DNA from: an uncultured Actinomycetota bacterium
GTDB lineage: Bacteria > Actinomycetota > Actinomycetes > CAVWCF01
Length of the DNA: 64,000 bases
Direction of reading: 5' to 3'
Assembly: GCA_963753435.1 (NCBI GenBank)
Contig: CAVWCF010000001.1
Location: 1,568,001 to 1,632,000 of the forward strand
The notes below the pieces were generated by a model. The model did no database searches, was not told where the DNA came from, and saw nothing but the letters and a program-made list of their open reading frames with translations. This document shows, piece by piece, positions 8,790 to 18,034 of this stretch; position 1 is the stretch's first letter; each line of letters starts with the position of its first letter. A program made the position numbers and the translations under genes.

Positions 8790-10232
8790 TTAGGTACCGG
8801 GGTAGGCGGTTGCGCTCGTCGGCGTCTCGGCGCCGGGGCGGAAGGCCGCCGGCGCGTTCACCACGCAGGTCTGCACGTACTCCAGCAGCCCCTCGTCGCC
8901 GTACTCGCGGCCGAAGCCGGAGCGCTTCACGCCGCCGAACGGCGCCCGCAGCGCCATCCCGGTCCGGTTGTGAGTGTTGATGAACCGGAACCCGGCTTCG
9001 AGCCGCTGGGCGACCGCGAAGGCGTGCTCCTCATCGGCCGACCACACCGACGCACCCAAGCCCAGGTCACCGGCGTTGGCCCGGCCGATGACCTCATCCT
9101 CGGTGTCGAATACCTGGATCGGTACCAGCGGTCCGAACTGCTCCTCGGCCACCAGTCGGGCAACGTCGGGTAGGCCGGTGACGAGCGCCGGGCGAACGAA
9201 GTACCCCTCGTCCAGCAGTTCCTGGTCCGGCACCGACCCCAAGTCAACGGCCCTGCCCCCGGCGGCTACCGATTCCGCTCGCAGGCCGAGCAGCCGGTCG
9301 CGGGCAGCGGCGTTGATCACCGGGCCCATCGTCACGCCTTCCGCCAACGGATCGCCGACCACAAGCACCTCGGCAGCGGCGGCAGTGAACGCCTCCACGA
9401 ACTCCTCGAACCGGGACGCGTGCACGTACAGCCGCTTGCTGGCCATGCACACCTGGCCGCTGGTGGCGAAGGTGGCGATCACGGCCCGCGCCATGGCCGC
9501 GTCATCGATGACCGCGTCGGCGAGGAACACCGCCGGGTCGTTGCCACCCAGTTCCATGACGGTCGGGGTGATCCGCTCCGCCGCAGTGCGACCGATTGCC
9601 GTCGCCGTCACCCCGCCGCCGGTGAACGCGATCTTGCGGGTGAGTTCATGCCCCACGAGCGCAGCCCCGGCTTCGGCGTCACCGTGAATGACCTGCAGCA
9701 GTCCGGCGGGCAGCCCGGCCGCCACCTGCGCATAGAGATCTGTCACCGCCAGCGGTGCCAGCGGGGACGGCTTGACCACGATCGAGTTGCCCGTGACCAG
9801 AGCCGGAGCCACCTTGAGCATTGACAGGATCACCGGTGCGTTCCACGGCGTGATCGCGGCTACGACGCCGTACGGCACGTGCTGCAGCAGCATCCGCCCG
9901 CTGGCGTCGTCCACCTCCGAGTCGGTCACGACCTCCGGAGCGCGATCGGCGACGAACCCACCGAACATCCGCGCAAAGCCGATCTCGCCGCGGCAGTCCG
10001 GCAACGGTTTGCCCATCTCCCGGGCGAGCAGGGTCGCGAGCCGATCCGTCTCGGCCTCCAGGGGCGCGAGGGCTGCGCGAACGCGGTCGGCGCGCTCGGT
10101 CAGGGGCAGTTGGGCCCAGTCCCGCTGCGCCGCGTCGGCGGCGCGAACTGCCGTGTCGACGGCGGCCGCATCGGAGGTGGCGACCTCGCCGACGATCTCG
10201 CTGGGATGCGTCGGGTTCTCCCGGACGATCAT
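8790..10232 (-). CDS. Aldehyde dehydrogenase
   Basis: ITPWNAP, FTGG, MELGGNDP, GQVCMA, EEQFGP and PFGGVKRSG motifs. Confidence 0.93.
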   Translation of the reverse strand: MIVRENPTHPSEIVGEVATSDAAAVDTAVRAADAAQRDWAQLPLTERADRVRAALAPLEAETDRLATLLAREMGKPLPDCRGEIGFARMFGGFVADRAPEVVTDSEVDDASGRMLLQHVPYGVVAAITPWNAPVILSMLKVAPALVTGNSIVVKPSPLAPLAVTDLYAQVAAGLPAGLLQVIHGDAEAGAALVGHELTRKIAFTGGGVTATAIGRTAAERITPTVMELGGNDPAVFLADAVIDDAAMARAVIATFATSGQVCMASKRLYVHASRFEEFVEAFTAAAAEVLVVGDPLAEGVTMGPVINAAARDRLLGLRAESVAAGGRAVDLGSVPDQELLDEGYFVRPALVTGLPDVARLVAEEQFGPLVPIQVFDTEDEVIGRANAGDLGLGASVWSADEEHAFAVAQRLEAGFRFINTHNRTGMALRAPFGGVKRSGFGREYGDEGLLEYVQTCVVNAPAAFRPGAETPTSATAYPGT

Positions 10233-10267
10233 CACGCCTCCTGTTTTCCGCGCCGCTGCTGAGCTGA

Positions 10268-11011
10268 TCAGAACTGCCGCAGCAGGCTGCCGGCCCCTTC
10301 GATGCGATCGTCGAAGCCGAGTGTTCGCAGGGTGTGCCACAAGGTGGCGGCGTTGATGGCGATGACCGGCTTGCCCAAGTAGCCCTCAAGTGCATCGGCC
10401 TGTGCCACGAACGACAAATTGGTGCCCACCTGCACGACGGCGTCGACGTCGGGGGCGTCGATCGCCCGGATCGTTTCGCCGATCTCAGCCGGGGTGACCT
10501 CGGCGATCGCGGTGGCCGACTTGCACCGCAGCCCGGTGATGGCGGCCACGTCGAAACCGGCCTCAGTGAAGTAGCGACCGACCTCGACATCGGCGATCGG
10601 TTGGTACGGCGAGAACACCGAGATCCGCTTCGCACCGAACTTCTGCAGGGCCTCGGAACAGGACCGGGCTCCGGTGGAGACCCGTAGGCCGGTCTGGTCG
10701 TGGATTCGCTGCTCGAACGCGGCATTTCCGGCCACTCCGCCCCAGAACGTCTCCGCGGACATGCCCATCAGCATGTAGTCGGGCTTGCACGTCATCACCG
10801 AGTCGACGGCGTCGGTGATCGAGGCGCGGATCTGGGTCAGGAGCGCCGTGAAGTCCGCGTCTGAGGCGAGGTCGGGCTCGGTGATGAGCATGCGCCCGGC
10901 GTGAAACGTCACGCCGGGAGGTCGCAGCACCGCCAGGTCGTGCTCGACCACCGTGTTCGTCGAAGGGACGATCGCGGCGATCTTGGCCCGCCAGCCGGTG
11001 ACGTCGGGCAT
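10268..11011 (-). CDS. Maleate isomerase / arylmalonate decarboxylase-like (Asp/Glu racemase fold) protein lacking the canonical cysteines
   Basis: IVPSTNTVVE, VFSPY and GKPVIAINAA motifs. Catalytic loops read LMGMSAETF and VQVGTNL. Confidence 0.82.
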   Translation of the reverse strand: MPDVTGWRAKIAAIVPSTNTVVEHDLAVLRPPGVTFHAGRMLITEPDLASDADFTALLTQIRASITDAVDSVMTCKPDYMLMGMSAETFWGGVAGNAAFEQRIHDQTGLRVSTGARSCSEALQKFGAKRISVFSPYQPIADVEVGRYFTEAGFDVAAITGLRCKSATAIAEVTPAEIGETIRAIDAPDVDAVVQVGTNLSFVAQADALEGYLGKPVIAINAATLWHTLRTLGFDDRIEGAGSLLRQF

Positions 11012-11015
11012 CGCC

Positions 11016-12215
11016 TCAGACGATCCCGCGCTCGGTCAGGTCGGCCACGTCGTCGGCGGACTTGCCCAGCACCTCGGTCAGGACCTCGTTGGTGTGCTCG
11101 CCGAGCTCCGGACCCACCCAGCGGACCTTGCCCGGGGTTTCCGACATCTTCGGCGCGGTGTTCTGCATGGCGATCTCGCCGTATTCGGGGTGCATGATCC
11201 GGATGATCGCCTCGCGCGCGGCGAAGTGCGGGTCGGCCAGCATCTCCGGGGCGCGGTACACCTTGCCGCAGGGGACACCCGCCTCGGCCATGATCTTCTC
11301 GACGTCCTCGGCGGTGTGCTGCCGCGTCCACGCGGAGACGATCTCGTCGAGTTCCGTCTGGTTCTCACCGCGAGCGGCGTGCGTCTTGTAGCGGGGGTCC
11401 TCAGCCAGTTCCGGCTGGCCCATCGCCTCGGCCATGCGGGCGAAGACGGTGTCCTGGTTGCCCGCGATCAGGATGTCCGCGCCTTCGGAGGTCGGGTAGG
11501 CGTTCGACGGCGCGATCTTCGGCAGGATCGAGCCGGTGCGCGGTCGGATGTAGCCGGAGACGTCGTAGTCGGTAACCAGCGACTCCATGACGTTGAGCAC
11601 GGCCTCATACAGCGTGGAGTCGACCACCTGACCCTTGCCGGTGCGCTCGCGGTGGTGCAGCGCCATCATCCCGCCGAGCGCTGCGTGGATTGCCGCCAGC
11701 GTGTCGCCGATGGAGATGCCGGCGCGCGCCGGCGGCCGGTCCGGTTCGCCGGTCACGTAGCGGAGTCCACCCATCGCCTCGCCGATGGCGCCGTAGCCGG
11801 CCTGCTTGCTCATCGGGCCGGTCTGGCCGAAGCCGGACACGCGCAGAATGATCAGGCCGGGGTTGTCCTCCCACAGGACCTCGGGTGCCATGCCCCAGCG
11901 CTCCAGCGTCCCGGGGCGGAAGTTCTCAATGAGGATGTCCGCGGTCTTGATCAGGTCCTTGGCCAGTTGCTGACCCTCCTCCTCGCGGAGGTTGATCGTC
12001 ACCGACTTCTTGCCGCGGGCGACCACGCTCCACCACAGGGCCTTGCCGTCAACGCGCTCCCGGCCCCACTGCCGCATCGGGTCGCCGGTGCCGGGGGCTT
12101 CGACCTTGATGACCTCAGCACCGAAGTCGGCGTACAGCTGCCCGGCGAACGGGCCGGCCAGCAGTTGGCCCATCTCGACGACGCGCAGGTCGGTCAGGGG
12201 TCCGGTGTGAGTCAT
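11016..12215 (-). CDS. Family III (CaiB/BaiF) CoA-transferase
   Basis: LAGPFAGQLYADFGAEVIKVE, ENFRPG, SGFGQTGP, IGD catalytic Asp and PELGEHT. Confidence 0.93.
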   Translation of the reverse strand: MTHTGPLTDLRVVEMGQLLAGPFAGQLYADFGAEVIKVEAPGTGDPMRQWGRERVDGKALWWSVVARGKKSVTINLREEEGQQLAKDLIKTADILIENFRPGTLERWGMAPEVLWEDNPGLIILRVSGFGQTGPMSKQAGYGAIGEAMGGLRYVTGEPDRPPARAGISIGDTLAAIHAALGGMMALHHRERTGKGQVVDSTLYEAVLNVMESLVTDYDVSGYIRPRTGSILPKIAPSNAYPTSEGADILIAGNQDTVFARMAEAMGQPELAEDPRYKTHAARGENQTELDEIVSAWTRQHTAEDVEKIMAEAGVPCGKVYRAPEMLADPHFAAREAIIRIMHPEYGEIAMQNTAPKMSETPGKVRWVGPELGEHTNEVLTEVLGKSADDVADLTERGIV

Positions 12216-12368
12216 GACGGCTCCTTGCTTGGTGTGTGCACCGGTGCTTGCGTGGATCGGGGGTGATTGTGTCCGGCGCCACGATGGGCACAACCGGCGG
12301 GGTTGACGCCCGCCGGGCGGTCCGCGCGTCAAGCGCAGCGGACCGCCCAGCGGGTCCTGGGCGAGCGG

Positions 12369-13865
12369 TCAGCCGGCCAAGTGGCCGGCCAGCATCCCCT
12401 CGACCCCCACGACCCGTGTGTTGCAGAAGAACTGAAACGTCTCCGCGGTCCCCTCCTCCGCGTAGCCGCTCAGTCCCCAGGCGGGACGTGGAGCCATGAT
12501 GTCCAGGCTGAGCACCGTGGACCCGTTTACCTTCACCCCGCCGGCGTGGACCTGGCGGGCGACGTTCATCGCCCGGTCGGTGTCCGTGCCGAACACGTAG
12601 CCCTCCAGGCCGTACGGGGTGCCGTTGGCCAAAGCGATGGCTTCGGCGTCGGTTCGGAACTGGTGCACCGTGGCAACCGGTCCGAAGATCTCGTGCAGGG
12701 CGTCCTCCGGGGAGACGCCCGTGACCAAAGTCGGCGACAAGAAGTAGCCGGGCAGGTCCGGCAGGTTGCCGGGGGCGACGACGGTGCCACCGGCGGAGTC
12801 CAACTCGGCGATGCGGTCCTGCAGCAACGCCAGGTGGGCTGCGTGCACCATCGGGCCGAGGTCGGTGTCCAGCGACAGGCTGTCCCCGATGCGCAGCGCC
12901 GCGATCTTGTCCGCCATCGCGGCCACCAGGTCGTCGGCCAGTGACTCGTGCACGATCAGACGGCCCAGCGCCCGGCACCACTGGCCGTTCAACTGGGTCA
13001 GCAGGTCAACCGCGCCCTGGGCGGCGTACTCGACGTCGGCGTCCTCCAAGACGACTACCGGGTTGTTGCCGCCCAGTTCCAGCTGTGCCGGCTTCATGTC
13101 GTAGGCGCAGGCGGCAGCGATGGCCCGCCCGCCAGCCAAACCACCGGTGAAGGAAACCGCCCGGATCCGCGGGTCCTGGACCAGGGTCGCGCCCTGCTTG
13201 GGTCCACCTTGGATCAACTGGAAGGTGCCGGCGGGGGCCCCGGCGGCGTCCAGGGCTTCGGCGATGGTCTCGGCCAGCACGGAGGTGCCCAGCGGCGCGT
13301 ACTCGCTGGGCTTGAGGATCGTGGGGCAGCCGGCGGCCAGCGCGTTGGCGACCTTGTGCGCGGCCATCGGCGCCGGGGCGTTCCACGGCACCAGGCAAAG
13401 CGCCGGGCCGAACGGCAAGCGGTGTACCTCGACCTCGTTGCCGGACTCGGCGGTGATGCTCGAGTTGGTCCACCCGGACCGAAGCTGCATGGCGGCCAGG
13501 CGGAACGAGCCGCCATTGATGATCGTCAGCATGCCGGTCATCCGGCGGATCGCACCGGTGCCCAGTGACTCCAGGTCGGCGATGCGATCGGCGACCGGGT
13601 CCAGCGCGTCGGCAACCGCCTCGAGGATTCCGGCGCGCTCGTCGGCGCTGAGCCCGGACCAGTCTCCGGCCGCGTGCAGGTTGCTGGCGGTGTCGGCAAC
13701 TGCCTCCAGCGCATCGTCTGCGGTGGCGACCTGTTTGCCGATCAGTTCGGCGGTGTTGGGATTGTGCAGTTCACCGCCCAGGTCGGTCGACGGATCGGCC
13801 CACTGTCCGTTGACGAGTTCCCGCAGTGCGGGGACCTCGACGTTTTGCGACGGTGTCGCGGTCAT
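12369..13865 (-). CDS. Aldehyde dehydrogenase
   Basis: VPWNAP, LKPSE, FTGG, LELGGNNP, GQWCRA and EIFGP motifs. Confidence 0.92.
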   Translation of the reverse strand: MTATPSQNVEVPALRELVNGQWADPSTDLGGELHNPNTAELIGKQVATADDALEAVADTASNLHAAGDWSGLSADERAGILEAVADALDPVADRIADLESLGTGAIRRMTGMLTIINGGSFRLAAMQLRSGWTNSSITAESGNEVEVHRLPFGPALCLVPWNAPAPMAAHKVANALAAGCPTILKPSEYAPLGTSVLAETIAEALDAAGAPAGTFQLIQGGPKQGATLVQDPRIRAVSFTGGLAGGRAIAAACAYDMKPAQLELGGNNPVVVLEDADVEYAAQGAVDLLTQLNGQWCRALGRLIVHESLADDLVAAMADKIAALRIGDSLSLDTDLGPMVHAAHLALLQDRIAELDSAGGTVVAPGNLPDLPGYFLSPTLVTGVSPEDALHEIFGPVATVHQFRTDAEAIALANGTPYGLEGYVFGTDTDRAMNVARQVHAGGVKVNGSTVLSLDIMAPRPAWGLSGYAEEGTAETFQFFCNTRVVGVEGMLAGHLAG

Positions 13866-14470
13866 TTGTTCTCCTCGCGATAGACGGTCGTCTGGGCTGA
13901 CCCGTCGTGCACCGGTCCGTCCGCACCGCGGGGGTCCCACGGCAACCGACGGGTCGGGTCTTCGCTGATGCGGGTCGCGTTGGCGGTGAGGGTACGGACC
14001 AGCACACCGTGCCGGTACAGCGCGGTAGTCCGCGTGCGCTGGTCGCTGCCGAGGTAGCGGACCCAGTCCGGCTCGGCGTAGCGGGCGGCGGGGCCGTCCA
14101 GCCGCGTCGGTCCGAAGACGACTGTTCCGGGACCGGCGCTGACCCCGACGATGTCCGGCGCCCCTTCGGGGAGGTCGAAGTGCAGGACCCCATCGACGAT
14201 GCGGCCGGTGAAGGTTCGCGTGTGGGCCGGGCGGCCGCGGACTACCACGTTGGTCTGCTGGTAGTCGTCGCCGTCCAGGTCCAGGTACACGAGTTGTTCG
14301 AAAGGCAGCGGCCCCGGACGCGCAGCTTCGGGGTCGTCGGTGAGCTCAGTGCCGTCGCAGTCGTAGCCGGCTACGTGCTCGTGCCACACGCCGCGCAGCA
14401 GCCGCAGGGTCTGTGCCACCGAGGCTGACTCAGCGGCGCCCTGGGTCTGCGCGTGTGTGGTCGTACTCAC
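13862..14470 (-). CDS. Hypothetical protein, probable calycin/lipocalin-like beta barrel
   Basis: N-terminal GxW (LRGVW), alternating beta-strand pattern, C-terminal RTRTTALY hairpin. Stop codon overlaps the ALDH start. Confidence 0.5.
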   Translation of the reverse strand: MSTTTHAQTQGAAESASVAQTLRLLRGVWHEHVAGYDCDGTELTDDPEAARPGPLPFEQLVYLDLDGDDYQQTNVVVRGRPAHTRTFTGRIVDGVLHFDLPEGAPDIVGVSAGPGTVVFGPTRLDGPAARYAEPDWVRYLGSDQRTRTTALYRHGVLVRTLTANATRISEDPTRRLPWDPRGADGPVHDGSAQTTVYREENK

Positions 14471-14483
14471 CGCCGGCTACGAG

Positions 14484-15759
14484 TCACTTCTCGTTGATGG
14501 TGGTGAAGCCGCCCCAGCCCTGACCGTCGACGATCATCTTCGCCAGGTCGAGCTTGCCGCGCTCGGCCGGGAATGCTTGCAGCAGGCCCATCGAGGCGTC
14601 GCGGAAGTTACGGCCGATCTCGTTGTCCATGAGTGCGCCGGACGTGCCGCACATCTTCAGCGCCAGGGTGGTCACGTCGAACGAACGCTCACACACCGTG
14701 CCCTTGGTCAGCCGCCACATCTTCACGACGTCCTGCTTGGACATGAGCTCGGGGTCCGCGGTCTCCAACTGCACCTGCCGGCGTCCCCACAGGTGCGCGT
14801 CCTCCAGCGCCTGCTCCGCCTCACCGATCAGCACCTGGTGCATCGGGGAGGAGGCAACCGACTTGCCGGTGTCGGCGAACGGGGTGTTCATGACCTTGTT
14901 GAGGGCGTACTCGTAGGCGCCGCGGGCGATGCCGATGTAGATCGCGCCGATGGCGACCTGGTTGCCGACCCATGAGCCGCGCGCCACCTTGGTGGCCGTC
15001 ATGAATGCGCCGGGGATGGTCAGCGCCATGTCGTCGGGGACGAAGCAGTCCTCCAGGACGATGCCGTGGTTGCCGCTGGCCCGCATGCCCAGGCCGTTCC
15101 AGTTGATGCGTGCGCGCACGCCCTCCTTGCGGCGATCTACGAGGAACAGTGCCAGCGACTCCATGCCTTCGTAGTCGGCGCAGGCGCGCGGTGACCATGT
15201 AGTAGTCGGCGGTGTCGGTGAGGCAGCCGAAGGACTTCTCCCCGTTCAGCAGCCAGCCGCCGTCGGTCTTGGTGGCGGTGGTGCGGATGAGCACGTTGGC
15301 GTTCTCGGCTTTGACGGCCTCGGACGCGAAGTTGCCGATCCATTTGCCCTCGGCACCCATCAGCGTCAGAACCTTCTCGCCGAAAGCCCGGACTGTGGGC
15401 ACGTCCTTCTCGTCGTACAGGCCGGCGTCGATGGCGCCGAGCGGCAGCAGGCCGCGCGAACTCGACGAGCAGTGGAAGAAGTACGCAAGCGCGGTTGAGC
15501 CGCAGGCGGTCCCAAGCGCGTAGGTGGTGGCGGCCAGGTCACGCAACGTGCCGCCCATGCCGCCGTACTCGGTCGGCACGACCAGGCCGAGCAGGCCGGA
15601 CTCGCTGAACATCTTCAGGTGCCGCTCGGGGAACTCCGCCCTGGCGTCAGCCTCGGCGGCGGCCTCACGCACTGCCGGAAGGATCGAGTCGACGACCTCC
15701 TGGCGTGCCCGCTCCTCGGGCGTCAGGTCCTCAATGAGTCGTTCTGCGGTCAGGGCCAT
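14484..15759 (-). CDS. Acyl-CoA dehydrogenase-fold flavoprotein (possible two-component monooxygenase), +1 frameshift at about 15180
   Basis: VPTEYGGMG, GWLLNGEKSF and WNGLGMRASGNH motifs. Removing one base joins VTARL to ADYEGMESL, giving about 424 aa. Confidence 0.85.
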
Positions 15760-15768
15760 GTCTGCTCC

Positions 15769-17058
15769 CTAGGTGGTGACGGCCGGTGTTGGCAGGGTGC
15801 CGGTGCGGGACCGCAGCGGCGCGTTGCTGATGTGAGCGAGTGCGGTCGCCGCCTGCAGGACTGCGTCGCGATCGGCGGGCGCAGAAACCTCGAGGGTGGC
15901 GATCAGGTAGAGCAGGTCTTCCAGCGGCGAAACCCCGTCGAGGCCGCCGAGCGTTGCGTGGAACCGGCGCACTCCGCTCTTCAGTGCGGTGAGCGCGTTG
16001 GCCAGCGCCAATCCGGTGGAGTCACCCAGACGCAGCGCCAACGGCACCGGCCGGACGCGCGGTACCGCCTCTTGAAGGAACACCCGCATCGACAGCGGGT
16101 TGGCCGCGGACGTGGAGTCATCGAGGCAGATCTCGTCGACCCCGAGGGCGGCAACGCGCTCGCAGGCGGCGATCGCCTCCTCCTGGTCTGCGCTGAAGAC
16201 GTTTCGCAGCGTTACCGAGACCGCCAGTTCGGCCGCCTTCGCGGCGGCGACGAGCGACTCCACTTCGGCAACATCGCCGTTGACGTCGGCCACCACCTCG
16301 GCGACACCGATGCCTAGGTCGGCGGCCCGGGCGACGTGCTCGGGCGCTGCGATCACCGCGGTGGCAGTGCCCGGCCCGGCGTCCCGGTCGGCGCCGAGGA
16401 CGGCAAGTTCCAGGTCGGTCGGTGGGTGGCCGGCCAGGTCCAGAACCCGGACTGCCACTCCGGCGGCGCGCAATGTGCTGACCACCTCGGTCACCCGACC
16501 CGGGGCCGCCCCGGCGCGACGCAGCACCTCGGTGGTGCCGGTGTCCATGACTGCGGCGTCCTCCGGCAGTAGGTCTGCGAACTGGCCCCAGGCGCGGGAG
16601 TGGAACAGGAGTGGAGCCGTCAACCTCGGGGTGTCCGCGGCGAGGACCTCACCCACGAAGATCGTGTGGTCGCCACCGTCATATGCGTGCCGCACCTCGC
16701 AGTCCAGCCAGGCCAGCGCGTCGGGGATGAGCGGTGCGCCGGTGGCGGCGGTCTTGGCTTGCACGTCGAAGAACCGGTCAGTCACCTCCGGCTGCTGCCC
16801 GGCGAAGCGCTTGCCCAGGTGCGCCTGGTCCTTGGCGAGGATGTTCACGGCAAAGTGCCCGCTCGCCTCGATCAGCGAGTGCGTGAAGATGGTTTTGGCC
16901 AGGCACACCGAAACCAGCGGCGGGTCCAGGCTGACGCTGCTGAATGAGCTGGCCGTCATGCCGTGCAAGGTGCCGTCGTCGGCGGTGGTGGTGACGACGG
17001 TGACGCCGCTAGGCCACTGGCCAAGAGCCGAACGGAACGTCGCGGCGTCGATGGGCAC
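15769..17058 (-). CDS. Flavin reductase (HpaC-like) fused to a degenerate HMG-CoA-lyase-like TIM barrel
   Basis: N-term FRSALGQWPSGVTVVT, SVSLDPPLV, GGDHTIFVGEV. C-term EICLDDS...LANALTALKSGVRRFHATLGGL parallels the lyase at 5832-6743. Confidence 0.85.
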   Translation of the reverse strand: MPIDAATFRSALGQWPSGVTVVTTTADDGTLHGMTASSFSSVSLDPPLVSVCLAKTIFTHSLIEASGHFAVNILAKDQAHLGKRFAGQQPEVTDRFFDVQAKTAATGAPLIPDALAWLDCEVRHAYDGGDHTIFVGEVLAADTPRLTAPLLFHSRAWGQFADLLPEDAAVMDTGTTEVLRRAGAAPGRVTEVVSTLRAAGVAVRVLDLAGHPPTDLELAVLGADRDAGPGTATAVIAAPEHVARAADLGIGVAEVVADVNGDVAEVESLVAAAKAAELAVSVTLRNVFSADQEEAIAACERVAALGVDEICLDDSTSAANPLSMRVFLQEAVPRVRPVPLALRLGDSTGLALANALTALKSGVRRFHATLGGLDGVSPLEDLLYLIATLEVSAPADRDAVLQAATALAHISNAPLRSRTGTLPTPAVTT

Positions 17059-17108
17059 GAGGGGTCCTTCCCGGTCAATCCAGCCACCCGGTCCACGCCA
17101 ACGACGTG

Positions 17109-17222
17109 TTTCGGCAGGCGGAACGGCGTTTCCGCACGCTACTCAGCGCGTTTCCGGGGTGTCAATGTGCCAAAGTCCCGTCTCCTTCCCGACACCCGGA
17201 CTACCGTTCCGCCCAGCGGAAC
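17109..17222. promoter_or_regulatory. Divergent promoter region with two IclR-type operators (17109-17123; 17206-17222) and a leftward promoter TTGACA-N18-TAGCGT
   Basis: tttcg-gcagg-cggaa and perfect gttccg-cccag-cggaac palindromes. tgtcaa at 17160-17165 and acgcta at 17136-17141. Confidence 0.65.
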
Positions 17223-17244
17223 TGTCTGCAGGAAGGGAGGTGAC

Positions 17245-18030
17245 GTGGCCGCCGAGCCCACCAAGCCGAAGTCGAGTCAGTCGATCGCCGCGGTCGAGCG
17301 CGCCCTCGACGTCCTCCTGCTCTTCGTGAACACCGGCTCCAAGGATCTGGGCGTAACCGAGATCTCCGGCGAACTCGGCCTGTCCAAGGCGGCCGTCCAC
17401 CGAATCCTGACGTCGTTGCGGTCCCGGGACCTGGTCAACGTCGACGAAGACAGCCGCCGCTACACGCTCGGGCCCGGTGCGCTGGCCCTGGGCCAGGCGT
17501 ACCTGTCCCGTCTGGACATCCGGGCGCTGGGCCGACCCGAGTTGGAGGCTCTCTCCGCGGCCACCCGCGAGACGGCCACCATGTCGCTGCGATCGGGGAC
17601 GCAGCGGGTGTACGTGGCCCAGGTGGTGCCGCCACGCGAGGTGCGCATGGAGGTACCTCTGGGTGTGCCGTATCCGATTCACGCTGGCGCCAGCAGCAAG
17701 GCCTTCCTGGCATTTCTGCCGCCCACGGAGTTGGAGCCGCTGCTCACCGGATCGCTGCCCAAAGTGACGCCGGAGACCGTGACCGACCCGGTCGAGCTGC
17801 GCAAGGAGTTGGCCGAGATCCGCGCCCGTGGTTACGCGCTAAGCCTCGGGGAGCGGCAGGCCGGCGCCGGTTCGGTGGCCGCACCGATCCGGGATGCGGA
17901 CGGCTACCCGGTGGCTGTGGTCAGCGTGAGCGGGCCGCTGGACCGTTTCGCCGAGGAGGTGCCGCAGTGCACCGACCTGCTGCTCGCGGCGGTGAAACGC
18001 CTGTCCAGCCGCATGGGCTACCGCGGCTGA
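17245..18030 (+). CDS. IclR family transcriptional regulator
   Basis: AVERALDVL..LGVTEISGELGLSKAAVHRIL HTH; HAGASSKAFLA; IRARGYA..SVAAPI. GGAGGT RBS. Confidence 0.95.
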   Translation: MAAEPTKPKSSQSIAAVERALDVLLLFVNTGSKDLGVTEISGELGLSKAAVHRILTSLRSRDLVNVDEDSRRYTLGPGALALGQAYLSRLDIRALGRPELEALSAATRETATMSLRSGTQRVYVAQVVPPREVRMEVPLGVPYPIHAGASSKAFLAFLPPTELEPLLTGSLPKVTPETVTDPVELRKELAEIRARGYALSLGERQAGAGSVAAPIRDADGYPVAVVSVSGPLDRFAEEVPQCTDLLLAAVKRLSSRMGYRG

Positions 18031-18034
18031 TTGG

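Noticed and set aside
12303-12356. ttgacgc...gcgtcaa hairpin and a ccg-cccag-cgg motif (similar sequence near 6768-6795) as extra IclR operators or promoters
   Set aside because: They lack the TT/AA flanks and a suitably spaced -10 box; too weak in GC-rich DNA.
4560-15190. Programmed ribosomal frameshifting in the split genes
   Set aside because: No slippery heptamer or homopolymer at the junctions; the same kind of lesion appears in mshA.
1-18030. Mobile element or genomic island call for the catabolic cluster
   Set aside because: No integrase, transposase or att site visible, and no obvious compositional shift by eye; the left border lies outside the window.
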